A stretch of 63,290 bases of DNA, filler included, from Globobulimina sp. (taxonomy: Eukaryota), in NCBI GenBank assembly GCA_003354225.1. It is 43 parts of 43 records of this genome, joined end to end, with 100 filler letters (N's around TTAATTAATTAA, not from the genome) between each part and the next. Parts side by side here need not be neighbours in the genome. Positions count along the whole stretch, not along the records: positions 61,918 to 63,290 come from PIVH01017740.1; 42 more parts are not named here. One strand, 5' to 3'. The notes below the pieces were generated by a model. The model was not told the DNA's origin. It made no database searches and saw only the letters and a list, made by a program, of their open reading frames with translations. Shown in pieces: positions 62,121 to 63,290 of the stretch (the stretch's first letter is position 1; each line of letters begins with the position of its first letter). Position numbers and translations under genes: made by a program.

Positions 62121-63290
62121 ATGCTGTTAAAACCACGCAGAAAACGTGGCTTCTCGTATCTAACAAAATTATTCATATGTATTGTATGTGTAGTTCTAAG
62201 CGTGTGGTGTTTTTTTTTATTTGGTCATCATATATTATGCCATTTTCATACGGGATTATGTACTCCTTTGGTATATTGGTACAGACGCATGCCAGTTCGA
62301 TACAGTAAGTTGGACATTGAAACTGCGACACATTCAATTGACATCGAATGGAACAAAGCAAATTATAATTTATCCTGCAGTTTATCATCTGATTCGATTG
62401 AAAATATTGAATTGGTGAATTTGCAACGCACTGAAAATAATCAAGACCCAACATATTTGCCATTGTCCTCAGAAAAACAAAAAGAGTTAAAATCCAAATA
62501 TCAAAGCATTATGACAAAGCATTCTAATATAAAAAGATTAATTGTTATAGGAATCCCATCCGGTTTGCAAACCTATACTTTCTTTGTAATATAAATCTTT
62601 TTAATATGCGTAGGTGGCACCACATGGTTTGCTACAAACGTATTGAATAAACATCCATCAATTCGAATACACGGAGAGATACTATTTGGATGGACTACAA
62701 GTTATTGGAATGCTCATTTTATGTCAAATGATAATTCGCGATGCAATTGGAACACAATGAAGTCGATAATGGAAACTTTTTATGTTGAAAACACACATTC
62801 ACATAATTCACATTACAGCAAACGAGAAAACAAAACCAGTTATAATTATTACGTTGGGTTCAAAATAACTTTATGGCAAATAATGCCTACGATGTATGGT
62901 GATTTTGTAAGATGGGTTTACTGCAATAATGTGTCCATTATTCAGCTGATTCGAAGTGCGAATATAAATTCATTTTACAGTCAACAAACAGTGGTGTTTG
63001 AAAATCTATTTTATGGGCGGGAATTTTTGAAAACACAACATTCCAAAAAACATGCAATTAATAATGAGACATTTGATTTGGATGCCAAATATGCAAAACA
63101 CTTTGTCGAATCTACGGAATTTTGGCAAAGTACATTAGCGAAACTGTTGAAATTTCATAAAAAATCAATAAATGTTTTGATTTTATATTATGAGGATATC
63201 ATTGGAAAATACAGTGTGAATTATTTAAATTCAATCCAAGCTTTTTTACACGTGGGATATGATGAGAATATATTCAAAACTCCAACCTAT
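62121..63290 (+). CDS. Type II membrane sulfotransferase (Stf0/NodH-like), one intron, 3' partial
   Basis: N-terminal TM; spliced IGIPSGGTTWF..LNKHPSIRIHGEI; VGFK, IIQLIR and LYYED. Confidence 0.75.

Overview
This is not a contiguous genomic region. It is 43 unrelated short contigs sorted by length (15 x 1375, 21 x 1374, 7 x 1373 bp), joined by 100-bp artificial linkers (N44-TTAATTAATTAA-N44, with stops in all six frames). Synteny across linkers is meaningless, and ORFs containing X are truncated by contig ends. Nearly all contigs come from an AT-rich, intron-containing eukaryote using the standard code, with introns mostly ~50-80 nt. The gene families suggest a rhizarian or foraminiferan-like protist (inference). 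At least one contig is a eukaryote-bacterium chimera, typical of amplified single-cell or metagenomic DNA. Recognisable genes include Rab, VPS9, Arf, two G-alpha, MATE, SLC35, SLC26, ABCG, DHODH, F-box, ankyrin-SAM, CAP-Gly-SPRY, LIM, REJ, DOMON, FN3, TH1, a G1-like peptidase and a sulfotransferase. Mobile DNA includes a LINE RT, a Mutator-like transposase, a decayed DIRS-type tyrosine recombinase and several MITEs, including a triply nested one. The most interesting observations are: (1) an RNA ligase fused to a Pol-beta nucleotidyltransferase, a probable kinase-ligase-NTase RNA repair protein; (2) a recurrent unnamed 'GY[FIL]R...[IL]P' module on four unrelated proteins; (3) all three GTPases with a visible switch II lack the catalytic Gln; (4) four head-to-head gene pairs with only 52-58 bp between start codons; (5) an exact C4A4C4A4C4 telomere at a contig end; (6) an inverted, apparently diversifying FN3/12-Cys gene pair; (7) a linker-histone-like fusion; (8) a tandem array of GNA-loop hairpins.
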